From positions 5,617 to 69,616 of the forward strand of contig JAYUQP010000067.1 of assembly GCA_043757265.1 (NCBI GenBank): a stretch of 64,000 bases of DNA, given 5' to 3'. Positions 18,452 to 27,958 of this stretch are shown here, piece by piece. Below the pieces are notes generated by a model. That model saw only the letters and a list, made by a program, of their open reading frames with translations. It was not told the origin of the DNA and made no database searches. The position numbers were made by a program, and so were the translations under genes. Origin of the DNA: Bdellovibrionales bacterium. Lineage in GTDB: Bacteria > Bdellovibrionota > Bdellovibrionia > Bdellovibrionales > JAGQZY01. Positions within the stretch are counted from its first letter, which is position 1. Every line of letters starts with the position of its first letter.

Positions 18452-20833
18452 ATGGAAAACACACAAGATCAAAAAAGAAAATCCGCCAATCCCAGCCGTA
18501 TTCAGGAATTTTCTGAAAAACGTGCACTTTTTGTGGCTTCAATCGAAGTGCTGAAGGCAAAAAAAGGATTTATTTTACTCACTTTTTTTCTGGCAACCGG
18601 CGGAACACTGTTGGGTCATTTTTTTCAGACCACCACATACACTGCATCGTCTTCGCTTTTTGTTCAAAATTTAGAAGAGCCCACCGCCGCCGAGTATCTC
18701 TTGAACCACCAGGTTGGGCGATCGAATAAGGGGGAGCGAGTTGAAACGTACATGCGTTATTTGAGCTCCGACTCATTTTTCTTGTCGGTCGCGCAAAAGT
18801 TAAAATATCATGAAGATTTTAAAAAATTAAATCTAACTCCTCTCTCCAGCGCATCCCCTTTTAGTCTGCAGTATTGGACTGCCAAACTCGCGAAAACCGC
18901 TAAACCTAACGATGCGCCGATTGATAACAGCAAAATGAACTCGGAAGAAATCGTTTCGTTAATTCGTTCGATGATTAGCTACGATACAGACTACAGCCAT
19001 TTTGTTTTTGTTCGAGTTAAAACTTTGGATCCTGCAACCGCCCATATCGTTGCAAACATTGCAGCTGAAGAGTTTGTGGGTATCACTAACGAACGTGGGA
19101 TCCAAGAAATTGAGCAAATTCGCACTTTCGTCGAAAATAAAATTACCGAAACCCAAGATCGGTTACGCGCCACAGAAGTTGAACTTATTGAATTCAGGAA
19201 AAAAAACAGCCTTATTTCCACGGATAGCAGTTCAAGCTTCGTCGCTGAACGATACTCGCGGATTTCATCGGAGCTTGAGACTGCTCGTTTGCAATTTGAA
19301 GAAAACCAAAAAATGATTGTTTTCTTCGAAAATGGGCAAAAAAGCCGCTTAGACTCTGGCGCCAAAGAAAGCTTGCCATCGTATGGCGTAAAAGAAACCA
19401 CGATCGTACTTCAAAGAAAACTTGAGCTTTTGAAACGCGAAAAAGCGATGATCAATGCACAAGAGGATAAAAATCAAGCCGCTCGTTTGCAAGAAATCGA
19501 CAAAGAGATTGCCCGAACCTATCAAGCTTTCAAAGTGTACTCGAACAAAATCGGCCAAGACAATCTTTTCATCTACATGAATCCGCAAAAGCTCCAACAG
19601 AAGATTAACGAGTTAAAAGAAGAAAATGAGTTGCTCAAAACCAAGATCTCTACGGTCGGTAAGGCCTCTGAAGAAGTAAAAGGGCAGATCGAAAAAATCC
19701 CTCTTCTAGCACAAAAATTGCTCCTATTAGAAAACAGTATAAAATTGGATTCGGAGAACTACACGAATCTAAAAAATAAACTGACAGAGCTTGATATTCA
19801 ACGCATTTCACAAAAGAAAGAAGTTCGCATTGATCAGGTGGCACAAATTCCTGCCGCTAACTCAAAAGGCAATATCTATCTCAAATTAATCTTTTCGGCT
19901 TTGATTTCTCTTTTTCTAGGTATTTGCATTATTATCGGGATTGAAGCTCTTGATCCAACTATTAAACACCGATCAGATCTAAGTGATTGCAGTTTGGAAT
20001 TCATTGGCGAAATTCCACTGATTCAATCCTTCATCGAGAAGGTTGCAAAAAAAGATTTTGCGCATCCGAACAAACTTGTGTGCGTAAAAGTACCCGAGTC
20101 CATCGAATCCATGGCTTTTAAATACATTCGGGCACGGCTTGAGTCTTACCGATACAAGTACAAAAAAAATCACATGATTATCAGTATAACGAGCAGTTCG
20201 GTCAGCGAAGGCAAATCTTTTATTTCAGCCAATACCGCTGTTTGCCTTTCCCAGCTCAAGCGAAAAACTTTGTTGATTGACGCGGATCTTCGCAGACCTT
20301 CGCAGAATGGTTACTTTAATGTCAACCCACAGTATGGCCTTGTTGACTTACTAAATACTGCGAAAACACTGGATGATGTAATTGTACGGAATCTACATTC
20401 GAATCTTGATTATTTACCAGCCGGTTTCTGCACGGCCAACTCCACTGAACTGTTGAGCGCCGAAAAATTCAAAGCTCTTTTAAATTATCTGAAGACCGAA
20501 TATGATTATATCGTTATAGATTGCCCGCCGGTTTTTGCCGCGGTAGATGCTGCCATCATGAGCAGTTACAGTGATATTCCTATATTAATTGCGAACTTCC
20601 GCGAGACCAAGAAAATTCACTTGAACGATGCCTACAATCACTTGCTACAAGTTTCCTACAAACGAGTGTTTGGAATCATTAATAAGGCGATTGTCAGCAC
20701 GTCTCGGTTCCATTACTATGGGTATCACAACTACTCAAAGGCAGAAACTAACTTGGCGCCGATTGTTGAGACAAATTCTGACCCCAAGGATATCACTTCG
20801 TTCTTAGAGAAAATAAAACGAAAGACCAGCTAA
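18452..20833 (+). CDS. wzc: Polysaccharide co-polymerase / BY-kinase (Wzc/GumC)
   Basis: Two TMs around a coiled coil; Walker A SSSVSEGKS, LLIDADLRRP, VIDCPP, Tyr cluster HYYGYHNY. Confidence 0.92.
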   Translation: MENTQDQKRKSANPSRIQEFSEKRALFVASIEVLKAKKGFILLTFFLATGGTLLGHFFQTTTYTASSSLFVQNLEEPTAAEYLLNHQVGRSNKGERVETYMRYLSSDSFFLSVAQKLKYHEDFKKLNLTPLSSASPFSLQYWTAKLAKTAKPNDAPIDNSKMNSEEIVSLIRSMISYDTDYSHFVFVRVKTLDPATAHIVANIAAEEFVGITNERGIQEIEQIRTFVENKITETQDRLRATEVELIEFRKKNSLISTDSSSSFVAERYSRISSELETARLQFEENQKMIVFFENGQKSRLDSGAKESLPSYGVKETTIVLQRKLELLKREKAMINAQEDKNQAARLQEIDKEIARTYQAFKVYSNKIGQDNLFIYMNPQKLQQKINELKEENELLKTKISTVGKASEEVKGQIEKIPLLAQKLLLLENSIKLDSENYTNLKNKLTELDIQRISQKKEVRIDQVAQIPAANSKGNIYLKLIFSALISLFLGICIIIGIEALDPTIKHRSDLSDCSLEFIGEIPLIQSFIEKVAKKDFAHPNKLVCVKVPESIESMAFKYIRARLESYRYKYKKNHMIISITSSSVSEGKSFISANTAVCLSQLKRKTLLIDADLRRPSQNGYFNVNPQYGLVDLLNTAKTLDDVIVRNLHSNLDYLPAGFCTANSTELLSAEKFKALLNYLKTEYDYIVIDCPPVFAAVDAAIMSSYSDIPILIANFRETKKIHLNDAYNHLLQVSYKRVFGIINKAIVSTSRFHYYGYHNYSKAETNLAPIVETNSDPKDITSFLEKIKRKTS

Positions 20834-20834
20834 T

Positions 20835-21365
20835 ATGAAAAAATTTTTAAAGTTCTGCACCATTGTCATCTATCTTCTCAGTACGCAATCAGTGGCTTTT
20901 GCTCGAGAAAAAGATCTCGTTTCGAGTTTTGAGTTGTTGCAAAACGAAACTTACAGCCGCTTTACATCTGGCAGTGAGTTTATGTCGGGCCAAGAACCGG
21001 GAACGGTAATGATGAAGGTGAATCTTTGGGGCGCCGTTCGAAAGCCGGGCATCCATCACATTCCCGTAAAAACGGATCTTGTTGGATTGATGTCTTTTGC
21101 TGGGGGACCAAATGATAATGCGATCATCGATCAAATCACCATTAAACGCCAGCAGGGCAACAAACAAACTCGTATCAACGTGGATCTCAGCCAATTGATC
21201 CATGGCGAGTATAATAACAATCTTACGCTACAGCCTGACGACATCATTGTAGTTCCAGCCGACGAACCATGGATAAGCCAAAACGCCTTTACGGTTGCTA
21301 TCTTCGCATCTACCCTTGCAAGTATTATTCTGAGTGCTGTGCTCATCGAAGCGAACACCAACTGA
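20835..21365 (+). CDS. Short SLBB-domain polysaccharide export (Wza/OPX-like) protein
   Basis: VNLWGAVRKPG...LMSFAGG...LQPDDIIVVP plus a C-terminal hydrophobic helix; directly follows wzc. Confidence 0.8.
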   Translation: MKKFLKFCTIVIYLLSTQSVAFAREKDLVSSFELLQNETYSRFTSGSEFMSGQEPGTVMMKVNLWGAVRKPGIHHIPVKTDLVGLMSFAGGPNDNAIIDQITIKRQQGNKQTRINVDLSQLIHGEYNNNLTLQPDDIIVVPADEPWISQNAFTVAIFASTLASIILSAVLIEANTN

Positions 21366-21455
21366 TTTTTTACTTCTGGAGTTATTTCAAGAAACTCGTT
21401 TGTGGCGGCGCTGCTGTTAAGCGTGGTGCTTCGCATCCGCTAAGTTTGGAGCCAC

Positions 21456-22190
21456 TTACAATTGGCTTTGATTGGCTGGTTGCTTTTCAGCTGTCTGTTT
21501 TTGGGCTACGACAATCATATTGTCGCTAAATCTAAGACCCTTGAGCAAACCCAAGGATATCTTCTGCCACGTATACTTGGGTGCTGATGGAACCATCCCC
21601 GAATCGGTGAAGGTCACTTCCATTCTACTAAAGCCGCACTCCTTGAGAATACGATATATATCTACCTGATTTAGTGCTGTAATATGCGCAGGATAAGAAG
21701 AGTCTGTGAAGGCCACAAAGTGTCCGCGAAAAACGTAGGAAAGTATGGACCGCCAGCTCTCGTTGTTAGGAGTGGTTAGTACTAATAGACCATCAGGTTT
21801 TAAAGCTCGCGCTAGATCGCGCACAATTTGCCGTGGGTTTTCTAAATGCTCAATCACTTCGATGCACGAAATTACGTCGAACTGCGCATCTTTAAATTGT
21901 AATTTTTTATTCAAATCCTGAACATACCAGTTTACCCCGTCAACCTTGGAGTACATCAAATCCACGCCGTGATACATAAACTTGAAAGCACTCTTTACCA
22001 TGCCTTTTAAAAAATCCCCTTGGCCTGCTCCAAAATCCAAAAACTGTCCATGTGCAGGACCGTAGGTTTTGATAACTTCGTGCACCTTTTGATAAATGAC
22101 ATCATGGCTGATTCCCAAACTCTGTTGAACTGCAGGCGTCAGGTTTTCATTGGCATCGGGTGTTTTTAAAAGCGCGTTTGACATACTCAA
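21456..22190 (-). CDS. Class I SAM-dependent methyltransferase
   Basis: LDFGAGQG, FDVISCIEVIEHL, LKPDGLLVLTTPN. Confidence 0.92.
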   Translation of the reverse strand: MSMSNALLKTPDANENLTPAVQQSLGISHDVIYQKVHEVIKTYGPAHGQFLDFGAGQGDFLKGMVKSAFKFMYHGVDLMYSKVDGVNWYVQDLNKKLQFKDAQFDVISCIEVIEHLENPRQIVRDLARALKPDGLLVLTTPNNESWRSILSYVFRGHFVAFTDSSYPAHITALNQVDIYRILKECGFSRMEVTFTDSGMVPSAPKYTWQKISLGLLKGLRFSDNMIVVAQKQTAEKQPANQSQL

Positions 22191-22261
22191 ATTGTAAACA
22201 ATTGTTAAAATCTACAAAAGCAGCATTTGAATTTCTAGACGGCCAGTGATTGAATAATATT

Positions 22262-23383
22262 ATGAAAAAAAATATTCTCTACATTTGCCCATCCTCTGGT
22301 CTAGGTGGAGCTGAAACATTTTTAAAAACCACTTTCTCCTTTCAAAACTCCGAACGATTTTCGTCTACCTATTTGCTTTTTCAGGATGGCCCGCTCGCCG
22401 AATGGTTGAAAAAAAATAACGCCACCCATGAAGTTCTTCCCGAACGACCGCGGCTTTCAAAAATCAGCAGTATCTTTGCCACCCATAACTGGATCAAACG
22501 ACAAATTCTTGAGAGATCAATTCACGTTACACACTCCACTATGGCCTACGGTGCCCTGTTTGCGAGTGTTGCGGCTCAAACAACCGCATGCCCACATGTG
22601 TGGTTTCAACACGGCCCGGCCTCGGGGTGGATGGACCAAGTTGCAGCGCTGCTTCCCCATCAAGGTGTGTTAATAAACTCGGATTACACACTGAGGACGC
22701 AACAACGCCTGGAAAAAAATCTTGCTGTTTTACTTTCTAAAAACCGCTTTTTTGAAAAAATTGATCTCGGCACACCGGAGCCCGCCCATAGCCAGCAGGA
22801 ATCCAGCGAATTGCGCGCGGCCTTGCTGCAAAAGCATAATCTCCCCGCCACCGCTGTGATATTTTCCATGGCCTGCCGGCTGCAAAAATGGAAAGGTGTG
22901 GAATTGTTGATTGAGTCAGTACGTAAAGTGCGTATGCAAAATTTTTTCGTAATGATTTACGGCGACACCTTTGATTCCGAGGACTATGTGCACCACCTAA
23001 AGTCCTCTGCCCAAGGACTGCCGATACATTTCGTAGGCGCCGTAAAAAATGTACCATTGGCTTTTTCTGCGGGTGATGTGGTGATCAATGCGTCTTTGCA
23101 ACCCGAGCCATTTGGCTTGAGTATTATCGAGTCGCTGTCGGTGGCACGCCCGGTGATCGCCCCGAATGAAGGCGGTCCGCTGGAAATTATCGAGGATCAG
23201 AAATGCGGACTCCTCTTTTCTGCACGTTCGGCAGAAAGTCTGAGCGAAAAAATAACGTGGATGCTAACAAACACAGAACGTCGCCATGAAATGCAGGCAG
23301 TCGCTCTGAAACGCTATCAAACCCACTACACCGCACAAAGAATGATGACCCAGTTAGAATCCATCTACGACCGCCTCGGCTAA
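22262..23383 (+). CDS. Glycosyltransferase family 4
   Basis: GGAE, RLQKWKG, EPFGLSIIESL. Confidence 0.92.
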   Translation: MKKNILYICPSSGLGGAETFLKTTFSFQNSERFSSTYLLFQDGPLAEWLKKNNATHEVLPERPRLSKISSIFATHNWIKRQILERSIHVTHSTMAYGALFASVAAQTTACPHVWFQHGPASGWMDQVAALLPHQGVLINSDYTLRTQQRLEKNLAVLLSKNRFFEKIDLGTPEPAHSQQESSELRAALLQKHNLPATAVIFSMACRLQKWKGVELLIESVRKVRMQNFFVMIYGDTFDSEDYVHHLKSSAQGLPIHFVGAVKNVPLAFSAGDVVINASLQPEPFGLSIIESLSVARPVIAPNEGGPLEIIEDQKCGLLFSARSAESLSEKITWMLTNTERRHEMQAVALKRYQTHYTAQRMMTQLESIYDRLG

Positions 23384-23457
23384 TCCGGTGCCAGGTCCTG
23401 TTTCTGTCCGGCGCGCCTGATGCCGGACAGAAACAGGACCTGGCACCGGATTAGCCG
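23377..23457. repeat. Perfect 36-bp inverted repeat with a 9-nt loop between convergent genes
   Basis: CGGCTAATCCGGTGCCAGGTCCTGTTTCTGTCCGGC / gcgcctgat / exact reverse complement. Confidence 0.95.
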
Positions 23458-24372
23458 CTAGTGCTGGAGGCTGATGAAATGTTTTTTTATTTCTTTGGAG
23501 TTCCAGTCTTTGAGAATTTTATGTTGGCGTTTTTCGTTCACCACAAAAACGTTGGCCTGTTCGATGTGTGAAAAACTATCAATCCATCGGCTTCTCTCGG
23601 CAACGTCTCCCACTTGATAAAATTGATAGTTTCGCACTTTGAAAAATTCAAAAATCGCGTCGGGACTGTAGCCAAATCTCTCACAAGCCTTGCGATTGAT
23701 CTCGATCAGAAACTGCGGGCGCAAACGCTCGATGGTCTTTTGAGCGCCCTTTAAGGCTGAGAGCTCCGCGCCTTCGATGTCCATCTTGATAAAATCAAGT
23801 TTGATAAAATCTTTGCAAAAATCATCAAGCGGAAAAACCTCACACGCCTCACGCGTCAGCGCATGTTCCACTTTTCCAGCTGTGAAAGATCCCACATTGT
23901 CCTCCATGCTTTCATCCAATGAAAACTGCAGGAGGTCCTTTTCGTGCCACAAGCCGTTGTTTTGAATTTGGATTTTATGAATGTGGGGCGACAAAGAAAT
24001 ATTATGTTTCAGTGTTTGGAAGTTTTTAGGCACGGGTTCGAATCCAAAAACTTTTCCTGATTTTACAGTTTGTGCCATTAGAAGTGTGTAAAACCCAATA
24101 TTCGCTCCCGCATCGACAATGATATCCTCTTCCTCGAGCAGATAGTGAAGGAGAAAAGATTCGATCGGCTCGTAAGCTCCAAAAAAATATATTTGCCGCT
24201 GAATATGATCTCGCAGATCACATTCCATCTTGGTGTCGCCGAGAATTTTTGTTAAGCGCTTTTTATTTTTGAACAAGTAAGAATACTGATCAACACACTG
24301 ATAGAGCCATCCGAGAGCTAAGCCGGTCCTTGCCCATGTGCGAAAAATAAAAATCAAAAAACTTTTCATCAT
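23458..24372 (-). CDS. FkbM-family methyltransferase
   Basis: VDAGANIGFY, FEPVP, IKMDIEGAEL. Confidence 0.93.
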   Translation of the reverse strand: MMKSFLIFIFRTWARTGLALGWLYQCVDQYSYLFKNKKRLTKILGDTKMECDLRDHIQRQIYFFGAYEPIESFLLHYLLEEEDIIVDAGANIGFYTLLMAQTVKSGKVFGFEPVPKNFQTLKHNISLSPHIHKIQIQNNGLWHEKDLLQFSLDESMEDNVGSFTAGKVEHALTREACEVFPLDDFCKDFIKLDFIKMDIEGAELSALKGAQKTIERLRPQFLIEINRKACERFGYSPDAIFEFFKVRNYQFYQVGDVAERSRWIDSFSHIEQANVFVVNEKRQHKILKDWNSKEIKKHFISLQH

Positions 24373-25457
24373 GCTAAAACCTTTTTGTAAACATTTAGAG
24401 TTTGTTCGACACATCGCTGCCACGTAAAAAATTGCGCACGCTCAAAACTTTCTTGGGCGAGCTTTTTAAGATTGGCATCGGTGAAAATCCAATTTATTTT
24501 TTGTAGCATGCTCGTATGACTGTAAGGATCAAAGGTACACTCGTTTTGCGCAACAACCTCGCGAAGACTGGTGTTTGCCGATACAAGAATTGGTTTTCCC
24601 ATTTGCATCGCCTCGACGGCTTGCAAACCAAAGCCCTCATAGAAACTCGGGTAAATAAACACCGAACAGTAAAAATACAGACTTGGTAAATCCTCATCAT
24701 CTACATATCCTAAACTCACTACATTTTCGCCTCGAACGGCGCGACTGCCTTCGCCGGCCAGTAAAAGCACTTTGCTTCTTTTCGACGCTGCATAGGCTTT
24801 CAGGAGACCTTCAATGTTTTTTCGATCTTCAAAACCACCGATGTAAAATAATGAGTCGTTTACGAACGACGGATATCTGCGCTTTATCTCCTCAAGAGGC
24901 TTTACGTTCTTCGGAGAAAAATTTATATCTGCGGCTTCGTAAATGACGTTTATTTTAGTTTCAGGAATTTTATAATATTTGATTAAGTCTTTTTTAGCAT
25001 GTTCGCTCACTGTAATAATCGCGTCTGCCGCATTCTGCGACATCCAATGATACATCCGCACTTTTTTTTCAGTCCACGTCCATTTTTTAAAAAAACTTTT
25101 TTGCGGTTCGTAAAAAGCTTTATCAATTGCGTCGTGCAATGTGAGAACCTTTTTAGTTTGTCCCATCAGTGGAAGTCCGTAGTGAATTGGACAGTGCAAG
25201 ATGTCTAGTTCGTTCTCTGCGGCGAGCCTGGGTAGGACTCTTTGCTCCCAATCGAAGTAATTGATGCCCTTTTGACAAACAAGGCTCACAGTTTGAAAAT
25301 CGTATAATTTTTTATTGATTGGCTTGTCAGATAAAAGCACAACTTGCACATTGTTCTTTGCAAGCCCGCGAATCAGTTCGATCGTATAACGACTCCAACC
25401 CCGCACTTGCTCTGTATCAAGAATTCGGGCGTTGATGCCCACTTTTAATTTACGCAC
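24369..25457 (-). CDS. Glycosyltransferase family 4 (mannosyltransferase-like); start approximate
   Basis: VGINAR..GWSRY, TLHD, RKN, YPSFYEGFGLQAVEAM. Confidence 0.92.
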   Translation of the reverse strand: MRKLKVGINARILDTEQVRGWSRYTIELIRGLAKNNVQVVLLSDKPINKKLYDFQTVSLVCQKGINYFDWEQRVLPRLAAENELDILHCPIHYGLPLMGQTKKVLTLHDAIDKAFYEPQKSFFKKWTWTEKKVRMYHWMSQNAADAIITVSEHAKKDLIKYYKIPETKINVIYEAADINFSPKNVKPLEEIKRRYPSFVNDSLFYIGGFEDRKNIEGLLKAYAASKRSKVLLLAGEGSRAVRGENVVSLGYVDDEDLPSLYFYCSVFIYPSFYEGFGLQAVEAMQMGKPILVSANTSLREVVAQNECTFDPYSHTSMLQKINWIFTDANLKKLAQESFERAQFFTWQRCVEQTLNVYKKVLA

Positions 25458-25630
25458 TTTCCACCACACTATCATTCTCCACCGCAGCGGCATAGCATCT
25501 GAGCAGTATTGGTCGAGGGAACTCCGCAGAAAGCGGACAAGCGCTAGACTGCCGAAGGCGAAAAGCGCGCAAGCGCTGGACAAAGGTCTTCTTTGTTGAC
25601 GTGCATTACAGCATCTACAAAGATAAATCG

Positions 25631-26821
25631 ATGCCTTTAAAAAAACTAAAAATTCTTATGATTCTCGTCGAACCGCCTCTTCCATTTGGAAATGCTGGCA
25701 GCCGATGGTTTCACGTTTTACTTAAGGGGCTTGATCAGCGCGGTCATGAGGTGGACGTGTTTGTGGTGAGCGGGGTGACGTCGGACATCGAAAAGGCAAA
25801 AAAAATATTTGCCGCGCGGAAAAACTTTTTTATCTTCCCGTTTGCCATAAATCAGTGTTTTTTTGATAAAATCAAAACGCTAGTTGCTCCACATCGTTAT
25901 ATCTTCAATCAAGAGTCGCGTAAAAAGTTTGCTGAACTTCAGCCCGAAAACTACGACATCATTCATGTCGAGCAAACGTGGGCTGGTTGGATAGGTTTTA
26001 AATATAGACTAAAAACCCTCATCAATGTGCATTTCTTGCAATCCATCGACTTAGGCTCGTCTCGTCCAAAAAGCTTGAAATTCCTCTTACTTTACAAAAG
26101 TTGGTTTTTGGCAGAGAAATTTATTTTGTCGAAGTATCCGTTTATACGCACCTGCTCCCCTCGCCTCACGGAGGCCATCCGACAATGGGATTCCAAACGC
26201 CCCCTAGTGACCACTGTCCCGTTTTCCTTAGATCTCTCCTTGTATCCATGGATTCCGAAGGAAAAACGCCACAACCGACGCCCCGTCATTACCTTGATTG
26301 GCGGTATGACCTGGTATCCCTCAGTGTCGGCAGCCGAGCGTATTTTGCGTGAGCTGTGGCCCGAAATTAAAAAACAGGTCCCTGATGCTGTATTAAAAAT
26401 CGTAGGCTGGTCGGCAAGAGCAGCTCTCAAGGACTATCTCGAATTAGAGGATGTTAAAATCCTAGAAAATGTTTCGGATATTCAACCTTATTTTGAAGAA
26501 GCTTCAGTCATGCTCTACGCCCCCGTTCGCGGTAGCGGAATGAAAATTAAAGTTCTTGAATCGCTCGCTTTTGGCGTGCCCGTCGTGACAACCAGCGAAG
26601 GAGCTGAAGGCATACCAGCCGAAGATATGGTGCACATGGGGCTCTGCGAGGACAACGCGGGCCTCATCGCGCGCACGGTAAAAATTCTTATGGATCCCGA
26701 GCTGCAGGAGAGATTGCGTTTAGATGGTCGCAAGCTTTTGGCCACTCATTGCGGAGAAGAAAAAACCGTCAATGATATTGAACAGATTTATTTTAAAATC
26801 CTCGAGCACAACAAAAAATAG
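25631..26821 (+). CDS. Glycosyltransferase family 4
   Basis: APVRGSGMKIKVLESLAFGVPVVTT. Confidence 0.9.
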   Translation: MPLKKLKILMILVEPPLPFGNAGSRWFHVLLKGLDQRGHEVDVFVVSGVTSDIEKAKKIFAARKNFFIFPFAINQCFFDKIKTLVAPHRYIFNQESRKKFAELQPENYDIIHVEQTWAGWIGFKYRLKTLINVHFLQSIDLGSSRPKSLKFLLLYKSWFLAEKFILSKYPFIRTCSPRLTEAIRQWDSKRPLVTTVPFSLDLSLYPWIPKEKRHNRRPVITLIGGMTWYPSVSAAERILRELWPEIKKQVPDAVLKIVGWSARAALKDYLELEDVKILENVSDIQPYFEEASVMLYAPVRGSGMKIKVLESLAFGVPVVTTSEGAEGIPAEDMVHMGLCEDNAGLIARTVKILMDPELQERLRLDGRKLLATHCGEEKTVNDIEQIYFKILEHNKK

Positions 26822-26827
26822 TTACTA

Positions 26828-27865
26828 CTATTGAGCTGTATTCAGCTGTCCGCAGGCGGCAAGGACTCGCTCACCCTTAGTTGTTCGCACAGTGACGGGA
26901 ATTTTATAGCCCTCTAATATGTGCTGCAGGCGTATAAGCGTTTGCTCAGAAGGACGGCCGTACAGTGACCCTGGATAGGGATTGAACGGAATTAAATTCA
27001 CAAAGGCGCGTCGATTTTTTAAAAGCTCGCCAACCTTGTGAACCTCTTCGTCACTGTCGTTGTAACCGTCTAATACGAGGTACTCGTAAGTGACAAAGCG
27101 CTTTTTTTCCTGGGGAATTTGATCAAGAAGCGGTAGTAGCTGCTCAAGCGGAAAACTTTTATTCAGTGGTATCAATTGATTGCGTTTTTCGGCAATTACC
27201 GAATGTAGGGAAAGCGCAATGTTAACGTTGGGCATTTCGCTTTTCCACCGCAATAAGCCTGGCAAATAACCCGCCGTGGAGACTGTGATTTTATGGAAGC
27301 CAATACTCAAGCCATGTTGCGATAAAAAAATATCGCACGCACTTCTCACTGCATCGAAATTATGCAGAGGTTCGCCCTGCCCCATAAATACAATATTTAA
27401 AATTCGATCATCACAAGGGCGATGGTGGCTTAGCCAATTTTGAATTTGAACAAACTGCCCCACAATCTCGTCGGCTTTTAAATGTCGGGTAAAACCTTGA
27501 GCTCCCGTGTAGCAAAATGAGCATTTCATCGAGCAGCCAACTTGCGACGATAGACATACGGTGTACTTGTTTTGAAATGGAATTAAAACCGCCTCAACTT
27601 GGCGGTTATCGACAAAGCGGAATAAAAATTTTACAGTTTTGTCGTCGCTTTGTTGCGTTTCAACAACTGCCGGGAGTTCGAAACTTAATTGATCGTTGGC
27701 GAAAGTTAAATTTTTTCGAGAAAAATTATGTAACAAACACGGATTACTTTTGCCTTTTTTGTAGAACCAATTAAACATCTGCCGCGCCCCCTCAAGAGGG
27801 AGGTTTTCGCCCGAAAGCCGATTGCAGAGCTCGCTGTAGGTTAAAGAGTAAAAGGGTATTTTCAC
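26828..27865 (-). CDS. rlmN: RlmN-family radical SAM RNA methyltransferase
   Basis: CLSSQVGCSMKCSFC, MGQGEP, SLH, NLIPFN, AACGQL. Confidence 0.9.
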   Translation of the reverse strand: MKIPFYSLTYSELCNRLSGENLPLEGARQMFNWFYKKGKSNPCLLHNFSRKNLTFANDQLSFELPAVVETQQSDDKTVKFLFRFVDNRQVEAVLIPFQNKYTVCLSSQVGCSMKCSFCYTGAQGFTRHLKADEIVGQFVQIQNWLSHHRPCDDRILNIVFMGQGEPLHNFDAVRSACDIFLSQHGLSIGFHKITVSTAGYLPGLLRWKSEMPNVNIALSLHSVIAEKRNQLIPLNKSFPLEQLLPLLDQIPQEKKRFVTYEYLVLDGYNDSDEEVHKVGELLKNRRAFVNLIPFNPYPGSLYGRPSEQTLIRLQHILEGYKIPVTVRTTKGERVLAACGQLNTAQ

Positions 27866-27958
27866 AAGCTTTTCCGTTTAATCTAAGTTTAGACAAATGT
27901 CTAGGCCACACTCCACTGCTACTCTCTGTCGCAATAGCACCCTACAATCAAGGTACCC

